Assembly: GCA_900234795.1 (NCBI GenBank)
Contig: LT962688.1
Coordinates: 3,450,001 to 3,482,000 of the forward strand
DNA length: 32,000 bases
Direction of reading: 5' to 3'
Origin: Methylorubrum extorquens
GTDB lineage: Bacteria; Pseudomonadota; Alphaproteobacteria; Rhizobiales; Beijerinckiaceae
In this document: positions 8,313 through 15,472 of the stretch, one piece after another
How positions within the stretch are numbered: the stretch's first letter is position 1
Layout: each line of letters begins with the position of its first letter
Translations under genes and position numbers: made by a program
Notes under the pieces: model-generated
Database searches by the model: none
Seen by the model: the letters and a program-made list of their open reading frames with translations, nothing else
Told to the model about the DNA's origin: nothing

Positions 8313-8990
8313 CTAAGCGTCGAGGCGAGCCAAGACCCGCTGCACCTGAACGGCTGTCCAATCACTGGCCCCGCGCGCAGTCGGGATGCCGCGTTCAGTG
8401 AGCGCCCTGGCGATGCCGCTAGCGGACGTGATGCCCGTGGCTTTGATCTCGCGGATCGTTGGCTCTAGCCGAGCGGCCTGCGCCTTGCCCTTGGCCTTCA
8501 GAGCATCGCGGGAGGCAGCCACATCGTCGGCGGTCGGGATGTAGCCACGGAAGCCACCCAGCACCTTGCCGCGCGCTTTAGCGGCTTGCAGGGCAGCTTT
8601 GGTCCGAGCCGAGATCATCCGTCGCTCTTCCTCGGCCACCATTGCCATGATGCCCACCGTGAGGCGGTTCGCGTTCGGCATGTCGGCGCAGACGAACTCC
8701 ACGCCTGCCTTTTCGAGACCGAGCAGGAAGTGAGCGTCACGGCTGAGCCGGTCGAGCTTTGCGATGAGCAGCTTGGCGCCGTAAAGCCGACATGCCTCGA
8801 TGGCCTTCGCCAGCTCGGGCCGGTCGTCACGCTTGCCGCTCTCGGCTTCCACGAACTCTTGGACGATGGTCCACCGCCCTCCGTTGAGGAAGTCAGCCGC
8901 GGCCTTGCGCTGAGCCTCAATTCCGAGCCCGGAGGCAGCCTGTCGCTGCGTCGAAACCCGGAGGTAGAGGACGAATTTGTCGACTGCCAT
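8313..8990 (-). CDS. Small serine recombinase (resolvase/invertase family), about 225 aa
   Basis: MAVDKFVLYLRVSTQRQAASGLGIEAQ... contains the catalytic Ser motif. It also has ...LLIAKLDRLSRD...MAMVAEEERRMISARTKAALQAAKARG and a C-terminal HTH (GITSASGIARALTERGIPTARG). ATG 8990 is preferred over the track start GTG 9008. Confidence 0.9.
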   Translation of the reverse strand: MAVDKFVLYLRVSTQRQAASGLGIEAQRKAAADFLNGGRWTIVQEFVEAESGKRDDRPELAKAIEACRLYGAKLLIAKLDRLSRDAHFLLGLEKAGVEFVCADMPNANRLTVGIMAMVAEEERRMISARTKAALQAAKARGKVLGGFRGYIPTADDVAASRDALKAKGKAQAARLEPTIREIKATGITSASGIARALTERGIPTARGASDWTAVQVQRVLARLDA

Positions 8991-9026
8991 GGCCGGGTTA
9001 CAACTCACTCAACGACGGTTGAGATG

Positions 9027-9054
9027 ATTGTAATAGGGCAGGTGGAGCAGTCAA
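9027..9054 (-). promoter_or_regulatory. Sigma70-like promoter for the serine recombinase: TTGACT-N16-TACAAT
   Basis: The minus strand reads cTTGACTgctccacctgccctatTACAATc. The -35 is at 9054..9049 and the -10 at 9032..9027, about 35 nt upstream of ATG 8990. One copy of the GTGGAGCA octamer lies in the spacer. Confidence 0.5.
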
Positions 9055-9368
9055 GAGTGCGTCTTGACCAACCTAGAAAGAATGCCGCTGCCGCAGGATG
9101 CGCGCGCTAGGTCCTAGACCCTGCTCCGGGTATCCCTGCTATGTGCCCTGTCTTCCTATGGGATTTGGCGGGAAGCCTCGCGATGCCCCCCCGATCCGCG
9201 TTCCTTGATCCTGCGGAGGCGTCGCGAGTGCGGCACGATCAGGCCCGTTGCTCCACCTTGAAAAGTGGAGTGGAGCAAACTGGAGCACCGGCGCACAGGG
9301 CCAAATCTGCTCCACTGCTCCACCTGCTCCACCTCCTATATGGAGGTGGAGGTGGTGGTGGTGGAGCA
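9042..9368. repeat. Iteron-like cluster of the octamer TGCTCCAC/GTGGAGCA plus a 10-bp perfect inverted repeat around TATAT; candidate replication origin or operator array
   Basis: Perfect copies lie at 9042-9049(+), 9249-9256(-), 9270-9277(+), 9308-9315(-), 9316-9323(-), 9325-9332(-) and 9361-9368(+), with a 7/8 copy at 9280-9287. The inverted repeat is CTCCACCTCC (9327-9336), TATAT, GGAGGTGGAG (9342-9351). Confidence 0.7.
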
Positions 9369-9453
9369 AGGCCCCGGTCTTGAAGGGTGGTGGAGACGCC
9401 ATGCCCGAGCGGAATAACTCGCTCAGCTTGCGCATGTGTGAGGCCGCAACCTC

Positions 9454-10020
9454 GTGCAATTTGTGTCACCAACGCAGTGGGATGCGATGCTGAAGATCGA
9501 CCGGTCTGGGGTGGGCTTTCCCGAGGAACTGACCCCGTTTGGGGATGACGGCTTCGATAGGGAGCCATTCTCCGAGTGGTGGACCCGGCACGGATCTCGG
9601 TTTCCCAATCTCGATCCGAGGGTGGTCGAGCAATGGATCTTCCGCCACAACACGCTGTCGGAGTTCTGTGGTCTAGACTTCTTCAGCCTGAAGTCACGCC
9701 TTGAAGTCTGGGGCACGGAGCGAATTTTGCGGGAAATCTTCTGTGAAGATGGCCTCGACGCTGAGAGCGATTACCGTGTCTTCAACATCAACAGGCCGTC
9801 AGCTACAGCGCGCCCCTTTGCTGCGAACGGAACTTGGGACTACCCTATTGTCGTCCTTGAGACGCCGAACGGCTTCTACGACCATCGTGCACGGCATCCT
9901 GACGTGCGCTATCTCCTGATTGAGGGACATAAGCGCCGCCGATATCTCAACGCGATGCTCGCCCGCGGAGAGGCGAATGCTGAGCACGAAATCTTCATAC
10001 TCAGCCAGATCGAACGGTAG
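9454..10020 (+). CDS. Hypothetical protein, 188 aa, with a possible ParB/Srx-fold-like motif (LLIEGHKRRRYL); the only plus-strand gene in the island
   Basis: Long ORF with a natural-looking composition (W/F/E-rich) and GC3 of roughly 70%, lower than its neighbours. The start is uncertain (GTG 9454, GTG 9463 or ATG 9487). The D/E-G-x-x-R motif after a hydrophobic strand (YPIVVLE...YLLIEGHKRRRYLNAM) recalls ParB/DUF262/DndB-type domains. Confidence 0.55.
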   Translation: MQFVSPTQWDAMLKIDRSGVGFPEELTPFGDDGFDREPFSEWWTRHGSRFPNLDPRVVEQWIFRHNTLSEFCGLDFFSLKSRLEVWGTERILREIFCEDGLDAESDYRVFNINRPSATARPFAANGTWDYPIVVLETPNGFYDHRARHPDVRYLLIEGHKRRRYLNAMLARGEANAEHEIFILSQIER

Positions 10021-10063
10021 CTCGATCTCGACCTTCTTTGCCATCAGACCTCAGGTGGCGATC

Positions 10064-11365
10064 CTAGTCCGTCGCAGGCTCCCCGACGACGATGCAGGGT
10101 CGCTCACGCCGGCTGTCATCCGCGATCATCTTCTGCTTAAGCATACCGGTCCCGAGCCACGTCTTGAGCGCGACCTTGATCGTCACTCTGTCCTTGGGAT
10201 CAAACGGGTCCAGGCCCATCGCCTGCCCGATCGCGATACCAGCCCACTGAGGCGACTGAGCACTAGCTCTCCACTCGCCGGATTTGCCGATCAGGCGCTG
10301 TGCCTCTCTCAAGTGACTGACGGTCACGCTGGCCATCGCGTCAGGCCATTTCCACGAAGTGACGACACCAACGCTGTCCCCTTCGAGCGGCACGCCCCTT
10401 AAGCTGCCGCCGTTCGGCAGTGGCACCGAGATGATCTTGAACCACTGCGACCCCTCGGGCGGCGCAGTGAGGTTGCCTTTGCCGCTATCGACGCGGAAGT
10501 ACGATCGGCGCCGCTCGACACCGGCCTTCTCCGCCTCCTCCTTCGTCATCACATTGAGAGTCCGCGTTGATCGGGTTGCGCTGACGAGCGATCCACCGCC
10601 GCGGCTGTCCTCCACAGTGACCTCGGCCCCGTTGGTCTTGCGGGAGTGATGAACCAACTCGATCGCGCAGTTGGTCGCCCCCGCGATCCGTCCCCAGGTC
10701 TTGGCAACTCGGTCGATGGCGCCGTTGTCGTTCTCGGAAACTTGATGCGAGGACACAAAGGGATCGACCACCAACGCGTCGATCCTGTTCTTGCGGATCG
10801 TCGCTTTGACCGCCTCGACCACGGGCATGGCCACGGTCACACCGTCTCGGGTCTGTCGCGCTATGACGATCTCAGTGTCGCGGCCCGAGTCGATGTATAG
10901 CCGCCCGCCGAGATCGGCTGGTGTCAGCCCGTAGTGCAGTGCGATCGCCATCACGCGTCGTTGCAGCTCGTCGGTGGGGTCCTCTCCGTTCCAGTACCAG
11001 ACCCTCAAGGGGTCAGTAGGAGGCTCACCGAGCAGGCTTTTGCCGCTCACCATCGCAAGAGCTTCAGCGAGAGCGAGGGACGACTTACCCACACCACCCG
11101 GCGAGACGGTCGCGCTGACGTACTTCCGGATGAGATGGTGGCCGTAGAGCCATTCACGAGGCGGGATCCTCGACGGATCGCACCATTCGAAGGGAGTCGC
11201 CGTGATCTGGACGGCAGCCGCAGCGGCCGGGCCAACGATGTCGTCAGCAGGCGGAGCGAACCGCCCATCCTCGTCTTCGATGTGCCGTGAAGCATCCGAC
11301 CGTGAGCGAGGCAGGCCGGAGGATCGGGACCGCAGGCGCTCGATGGAGTAGGCGGGCTCAGACAT
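10064..11365 (-). CDS. RecA-fold AAA_25/RepA-like replicative helicase-type ATPase, 433 aa
   Basis: Walker A SPGGVGKSSLAL, Walker B-like IDALVVDPFVSSH, and the motif AIELVHHSRKTNG. This resembles RSF1010 RepA/P4-type island replication proteins. The start overlaps the upstream primase-like gene. Confidence 0.8.
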   Translation of the reverse strand: MSEPAYSIERLRSRSSGLPRSRSDASRHIEDEDGRFAPPADDIVGPAAAAAVQITATPFEWCDPSRIPPREWLYGHHLIRKYVSATVSPGGVGKSSLALAEALAMVSGKSLLGEPPTDPLRVWYWNGEDPTDELQRRVMAIALHYGLTPADLGGRLYIDSGRDTEIVIARQTRDGVTVAMPVVEAVKATIRKNRIDALVVDPFVSSHQVSENDNGAIDRVAKTWGRIAGATNCAIELVHHSRKTNGAEVTVEDSRGGGSLVSATRSTRTLNVMTKEEAEKAGVERRRSYFRVDSGKGNLTAPPEGSQWFKIISVPLPNGGSLRGVPLEGDSVGVVTSWKWPDAMASVTVSHLREAQRLIGKSGEWRASAQSPQWAGIAIGQAMGLDPFDPKDRVTIKVALKTWLGTGMLKQKMIADDSRRERPCIVVGEPATD

Positions 11366-12275
11366 GGCGCACCTGCAGGATGTCGTTGAGGTCGCTGCCG
11401 GGCGCCTTCGCCTTCACGGCGAACACTTCCCTGTCTTCGGTTCGCCACCGGCCTGCGCAGGCGCGGGCGGCACGATCCCCAGCGGGGTCGTGATCGACCG
11501 CGATCCAGAGGCATTCGATGCCGGCCAGCGCCGGAAAGGCTGAGATGCCGCCCTCGTTCAGCACGGACCAGATCGGCGAGGCGCCGAACTCGGAAAGGTG
11601 CTGAAGCGATGCTGTGCTCTCGATGCCCTCACCGATACCGAGGCAGGTCGTCACCTCAGCGTCCGGGGTCCACTTCACGGCGCCGCCGGTAATCGGTCCA
11701 AGAGCCGCGCGGTCCCGACCTGCCACCTTGATCTTATGGCCATCGAGGGTGAGCGCAGTTCGGTGGATTGCCTGCGGCCGGTCCGTGCGGATGTTGCGCA
11801 CCAGGGCGACCATGGCCGGCGTGTGAGTGCCTGCGAAGGGGCAGCCATCGTGATAGCGCAGCACCTCGCCCGGATTGTCGGGCAGGCCCAGTCCACGGCG
11901 CGCTAAGTAGCTCTCGACGGGCGTGCCGGCCGGACTGCGGGCCTCACGCCAGATGCGGAGAGCAAGGGCCGAGCGATCGGCTGCGCGCTTTCCGACTTCC
12001 GGGTCGAGGGGCGGCGCCGATTTGGGGGCCCTGAACTCCGTGACCACCTTTTGCTCAAGTCTGAGCGAAAGCCCCAACCTCTGCCGCACAAAGTCCTTGG
12101 CAACGAGGGGTTCGTCACCGGCATGGCTGAACACTAGAAAGCCGCCCGGTGCCGACGGGCTGAACATGACACTCAAGGAGCGGTCACGGGCGCTGTGGCC
12201 AGGACCAGGGCACAAGATGCCCTGGCCAGACACCTCGCCGCCGAGCTGATGCGCTACGGTGCGGAGGTCCATCAT
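11358..12275 (-). CDS. Toprim-domain primase-like protein (DUF7146-type), about 305 aa
   Basis: The start is most likely ATG 12275 (MMDLRTVAHQLGGEVSGQGILCPGPGHSARDRSLSV..., a zinc-binding-like N-terminus). The Toprim signature is CLGIGEGIESTASL...IAVDHDPAGDRAA. The Arg/Pro-rich N-terminal 70 aa of track ORF 11358..12485 looks non-coding and overlaps the next gene. Confidence 0.75.
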   Translation of the reverse strand: MMDLRTVAHQLGGEVSGQGILCPGPGHSARDRSLSVMFSPSAPGGFLVFSHAGDEPLVAKDFVRQRLGLSLRLEQKVVTEFRAPKSAPPLDPEVGKRAADRSALALRIWREARSPAGTPVESYLARRGLGLPDNPGEVLRYHDGCPFAGTHTPAMVALVRNIRTDRPQAIHRTALTLDGHKIKVAGRDRAALGPITGGAVKWTPDAEVTTCLGIGEGIESTASLQHLSEFGASPIWSVLNEGGISAFPALAGIECLWIAVDHDPAGDRAARACAGRWRTEDREVFAVKAKAPGSDLNDILQVRHV

Positions 12276-12565
12276 CGACGCACCTCCGGGCTCGGCCGTT
12301 CGATTGCTGCGTAGGAGGCGAGCACGCGGCGCCGGTCCAGCGGCGCGAGCGCATCGAGAGCCTTCAAGGCGGCTGGTAGTACCGCCGCATCGCTTTCCGC
12401 TTCCTTGAGCAGCGCTCTCAACTGACCCGCGCGGGGGCCGATCAGAAGGTGGACGATGCTCCGCAGAGTCCGCAGTCGGGCACATCGCTCGGCCGGGTCG
12501 AGCCCTTCAGCGAAAGGCCCCCAGCGGTCAGCTGATGGGATCAAGGTCGAGGGGGGCACGCTCAT
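12272..12565 (-). CDS. Hypothetical island protein, 97 aa
   Basis: ATGA-type overlaps with both neighbours, and it lies in the same-strand operon. Confidence 0.5.
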   Translation of the reverse strand: MSVPPSTLIPSADRWGPFAEGLDPAERCARLRTLRSIVHLLIGPRAGQLRALLKEAESDAAVLPAALKALDALAPLDRRRVLASYAAIERPSPEVRR

Positions 12566-12765
12566 GCGCGCCTCCCGGTAGCGAAGGCGAGACTGGCGAT
12601 GACACGCGCCTGTTCGGCGCTAAGGCCATGCCGACGGCGGAGCCAATCTGCTTGAAGAACGAGAGGGAGCGCGATATCTTCGGAACTGTCAGCTGTCCAA
12701 GCGACAATTTCCGAGGCCCGCCGGCGTGCCACCGCCGCGCGGGCTTCGCTCTGTCTGAAGGCCAT
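12562..12765 (-). CDS. Hypothetical island protein, 67 aa
   Basis: Operon position between alpA and orf97, with overlapping stop and start. Confidence 0.45.
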   Translation of the reverse strand: MAFRQSEARAAVARRRASEIVAWTADSSEDIALPLVLQADWLRRRHGLSAEQARVIASLAFATGRRA

Positions 12766-12768
12766 CCG

Positions 12769-12984
12769 TTACGCTGCCTCCCTCTTAGAGGACTGGCGCG
12801 CTTCGAACGCTTGTAGGTCAGCGATCCGCCAGTAGCGGCGGCCGTTGATCCGGAGGGGTTGGGGGAAGCCGAGTTTCGCATCGGCCAGCCACCGAAACAC
12901 AGTCATGTCGCTCACCTTGTAGCGAGCACGGACTTGTGCGGCGGGCAGCAGATCGTCGTCGGTTCTGAGTACAGCCGAAGGCAT
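12769..12984 (-). CDS. alpA: AlpA-family (prophage CP4-57 regulatory/excisionase-like) HTH protein, 71 aa
   Basis: LLPAAQVRARYKVSDMTVFRWLADAKLGFPQPLRINGRRYWRIADLQAFE matches the Phage_AlpA pattern (xxRWxxxxxFPxPxxIxxRxxW). Confidence 0.8.
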   Translation of the reverse strand: MPSAVLRTDDDLLPAAQVRARYKVSDMTVFRWLADAKLGFPQPLRINGRRYWRIADLQAFEARQSSKREAA

Positions 12985-13053
12985 TGCGTAGCTCCCTGTT
13001 GGAACACGCTCTCTATTGATGCGATTTGTTGGACGGTGTCATTGAATTAGAAT

Positions 13054-13092
13054 GCAGTGATTTATGAGAGGAATTCCTCTGCATTTCACTGC
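13054..13092. repeat. Imperfect 39-bp inverted repeat centred on GAATTC in a low-GC spacer; possible terminator for int-orf296 or operator for alpA
   Basis: GCAGTGAtttATGAGAGGAATTCCTCTGCATttTCACTGC: the outer 7 bp and the inner AGAGG/CCTCT pair up. It lies between the stop of orf296 (13113) and the alpA start (12984). Confidence 0.45.
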
Positions 13093-13112
13093 ACTGGCCG
13101 ACACCACATCCG

Positions 13113-14003
13113 CTAGGGGCTCTGAGATTTGTAGAAGCCCCTGAACCGGATGGCCCTACTGGTTAGAGTCCCGGTTCCCGCGAGCTTGTCGGCGATTTTT
13201 TGTGATGCGGCGTAGAGCGTTATGCCCTCATTTCGCATCATATCCTCGACGACTGGAAACAGCGCTCGATCGGCCTCCGCATATGGCTGCCCCTTCGGGC
13301 GCCCCCTCTTTCCCGCAAGCTTCGCTACTGGAGGGGGACTTCCTGCATCGACTAGCAGATTGTCAGCCGGGGGACTTCCGAGGAGAAAATCCCTCGCCGA
13401 GCGCGGTAGCAAGCTCCTGAATTCTGAATGATTTGCCAGCCACAGTGCGGCACTGCGGCGCCGGACCAGCAAGCCGGTATTCCGCACAGCCGCAAATTGT
13501 CCTCTCAGCAGATCGTCGAACCCGTCGGGCCGGTCGTGACCTGTCCGGAGCCAAGTGTCCCCGTTGATGGCCGCCTGCTGAAATGCAGCGAGAATGCTAT
13601 TGTAGTGCCGCTCCTTCAGCGGATCTTCGTGGGCTTGGGCCCAGAACCGGAGACCTTCCCTGAGGTCTTGGGGCTTATGCTTCTCAAGATATTTCAGATA
13701 ATTATCTCGCTCATCTGGCGGCGCTGCTTTGGCATTGTGTGCCGCGAGCATGCCAGCGAACAAATACAACGGCGAGGCATCGTCTTCGAACCACCACTGC
13801 CAATAATCTCGACCTAGCCGGTCACCAAAGACTCGTTCAAACAGGCTGGCTTCATCGACTTCATGGAAGGGATGGCTGTCGCCGAGCACAAGAATGAAGC
13901 CTTGCCGCTTATGGGCCATGTGGCTGACGGAGAGCATGTTGACCTCCGCCTCCAGCCTCTCTCGCGCGGCCGTGAGATCTAACGGCGAAGCCTCATGCTG
14001 CAT
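13113..14003 (-). CDS. Hypothetical protein, 296 aa, with an AT-hook-like KRGRPKG motif and a C-terminal HTH-like segment
   Basis: Long ORF whose start overlaps the integrase stop by 11 nt. Its GC looks lower than its neighbours. No family was recognised. Confidence 0.6.
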   Translation of the reverse strand: MQHEASPLDLTAARERLEAEVNMLSVSHMAHKRQGFILVLGDSHPFHEVDEASLFERVFGDRLGRDYWQWWFEDDASPLYLFAGMLAAHNAKAAPPDERDNYLKYLEKHKPQDLREGLRFWAQAHEDPLKERHYNSILAAFQQAAINGDTWLRTGHDRPDGFDDLLRGQFAAVRNTGLLVRRRSAALWLANHSEFRSLLPRSARDFLLGSPPADNLLVDAGSPPPVAKLAGKRGRPKGQPYAEADRALFPVVEDMMRNEGITLYAASQKIADKLAGTGTLTSRAIRFRGFYKSQSP

Positions 14004-15249
14004 CGCTGACCTCGCTGCGGGTGATCATCTGCACCTGGGACGCCCACACTTCGAGTGCCGCCCGCTTTTCGTCGAGGTACTGGTAGCGGTTATAGATACC
14101 GGCGATGCCGCCCCTCGACCCGCTGATGTGGTTGAGCACCGCTTCAATTACATGCACTGGCTGCTTCAGCCTCGCCATCCCGGTGCTGCAGGTGCGGCGC
14201 AGGTCGTGGAGGCGCCAGGGCGCAACCATTATCTCTGCCGGGTCTCTCCCCTCCCCTGCTGCGTCCTCTCGGGCAATCGCCAGCATCGCCGCATCGAAGC
14301 GCCGCTTGCTGCTGGAATGGTCCGAGATTGGTGCGGTACCGCTGCGGGAGAAGACATAGCCCGCCTCGCCCACGATGCGCGGCAGGTTGCCAAGGATGGC
14401 CTGCGCTGCCGCGGAGAGCGGCACCAGATGCTCCACCGAATTCTTTGTCCGCGTTGCAGGAATGGTCCAGAGGTCACCCACGACCTCGCTCCGGACCATC
14501 TGCGTGACCTCGTTGCGGCGCTGCCCCGTCAGCAATAGCATCTGCACGGCGGGGCCGAACGGAAAGCCGACGCGCTCAGCAGCACGCCAAATCAGTCGGA
14601 CCTCGGTATCGGTGAGCACGCGGTCCCGGCTGACCTCCGCCAGCGGGGGCTTCAAGCCAAGGAACGGCGTCGTTTCGATCAACTCGCGCTGCAGAGCGAA
14701 ATTGAACATCGCGCGGGCGGCTGTGAAGACACGGTTCGTGCCCGTGCTCATTCCCGCGTCAGTGAGCGCGTCGCAAAGCGCTACCACATCCTTGCGCTTA
14801 ATCTCGCCGATCCTCCGCTGCCCCCACCGAGGGACAACGTGGTTCCGAAGTAAGCCTTCCATGACCGCAGCGTAGGCAGCCTTGCCGTTCGGCTTGAGGT
14901 GCCGATCGACGTAGAGCTTCACCACCGCTTCGATGCGGTCCACCGGCTCTGCTCGGGCCGCCTCGGCTGCGGCAGCCTTCTCGACGAACGGATCACGGCC
15001 GGTTGCGGCCATCTGCAGAGCTTCGCGGGCCCTCGCCCGAGCGGTGCCGAGGTCGAACAGCGGGTAGCTGCCGATCGTGAACTTCCGGGATCGGCCAGCA
15101 ACTCGGTACCGGACGGCCCACGACTTCAGGCCGCTAGGCTGAACGACCAGATAGAAGCCAGGGAGCGCGGCATCCGCGATCTCCAACCTGCGTGCCGGAT
15201 CAGGCTTGTGTCTCTCTACGCTCTGCACGGTGAGCACCTTCGCTGCCAC
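13993..15249 (-). CDS. int: P4-type tyrosine integrase with an N-terminal Arm/DUF4102-like domain
   Basis: LEIADAALPGFYLVVQPSGLKSWAVRYRVAGRSRKFTIGSYP is a DUF4102-type arm domain. The C-terminal catalytic residues are ...HDLRRT...VIEAVLNHISG...YNRYQY. GTG 15249 is preferred because GGAGGA lies 9 nt upstream; the track start is GTG 15273. Confidence 0.9.
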   Translation of the reverse strand: MAAKVLTVQSVERHKPDPARRLEIADAALPGFYLVVQPSGLKSWAVRYRVAGRSRKFTIGSYPLFDLGTARARAREALQMAATGRDPFVEKAAAAEAARAEPVDRIEAVVKLYVDRHLKPNGKAAYAAVMEGLLRNHVVPRWGQRRIGEIKRKDVVALCDALTDAGMSTGTNRVFTAARAMFNFALQRELIETTPFLGLKPPLAEVSRDRVLTDTEVRLIWRAAERVGFPFGPAVQMLLLTGQRRNEVTQMVRSEVVGDLWTIPATRTKNSVEHLVPLSAAAQAILGNLPRIVGEAGYVFSRSGTAPISDHSSSKRRFDAAMLAIAREDAAGEGRDPAEIMVAPWRLHDLRRTCSTGMARLKQPVHVIEAVLNHISGSRGGIAGIYNRYQYLDEKRAALEVWASQVQMITRSEVSDAA

Positions 15250-15417
15250 GAGATGCGCTCCTCCGGGTAACACCGGGGTACGCGAAACAAGCCGTTATGG
15301 CCTGTGCCGCGTTGTTGCCGGATGTTAGCGCGTTTCTCGAAAAAGCTAAGTGCTGCTGCGGGTTAGTCGGGCCACGATCCGCAGGAATGTGAGGCCCTGT
15401 TAGGAACCTGCACAATT

Positions 15418-15472
15418 CTTAAAATCTTGCGGCCGCAAGGCTGTGCGGGTTCGAGTCCCGCCGTCCGCACCA
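15418..15472 (+). tRNA. 3' portion only of a tRNA-Leu(UAA)-like gene (anticodon loop, long variable arm, T-arm, acceptor 3' strand, CCA); probable attR core rather than a functional tRNA
   Basis: CTTAAAA, TCTTG, variable hairpin CTTGC-GGCC-GCAAG, T-arm GCGGG-TTCGAGT-CCCGC, CGTCCGC-A-CCA ending at 15472. No complementary 5' acceptor strand (GCGGACG) and no D-arm were found in the 100 nt upstream. Confidence 0.6.

Larger units (their letters stand above)
1..15472. mobile_element. Integrated P4-like/prophage-derived genomic island; right boundary at a tRNA 3' fragment (attR), left boundary outside the window
   Basis: Tyrosine integrase lies next to a tRNA 3' fragment. AlpA, Toprim primase-like, RepA-like helicase, serine recombinase, terminase and tail genes are nearly all on the minus strand. 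A low-GC cargo gene occupies the left edge. No second copy of the tRNA fragment was seen in the window. Confidence 0.75.

Noticed and set aside
9139-9568. Four overlapping ORFs (9139..9459, 9141..9383, 9239..9568, 9248..9493) across the repeat region
   Set aside because: They translate the octamer and palindrome repeats into poly-P, poly-G and poly-H runs on both strands. The region is better explained as non-coding iteron DNA.
9799-10044. 81-aa minus-strand ORF (MAKKVEIELPFDLAEYEDF...) with a GAGG 4 nt upstream, directly downstream of the helicase gene
   Set aside because: It overlaps the longer plus-strand 188-aa ORF by 222 nt, and both show moderate GC3. I favour the longer ORF but cannot exclude this one, so it is kept only as an alternative.
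15385-15472. Complete tRNA or alphaproteobacterial two-piece tmRNA acceptor piece
   Set aside because: No 5' acceptor strand (GCGGACG), D-arm or paired anticodon stem could be built from the upstream sequence. No tag-peptide reading frame (ANDN...AA type) was seen in the 200 nt downstream. It is therefore interpreted as an att-site tRNA fragment.
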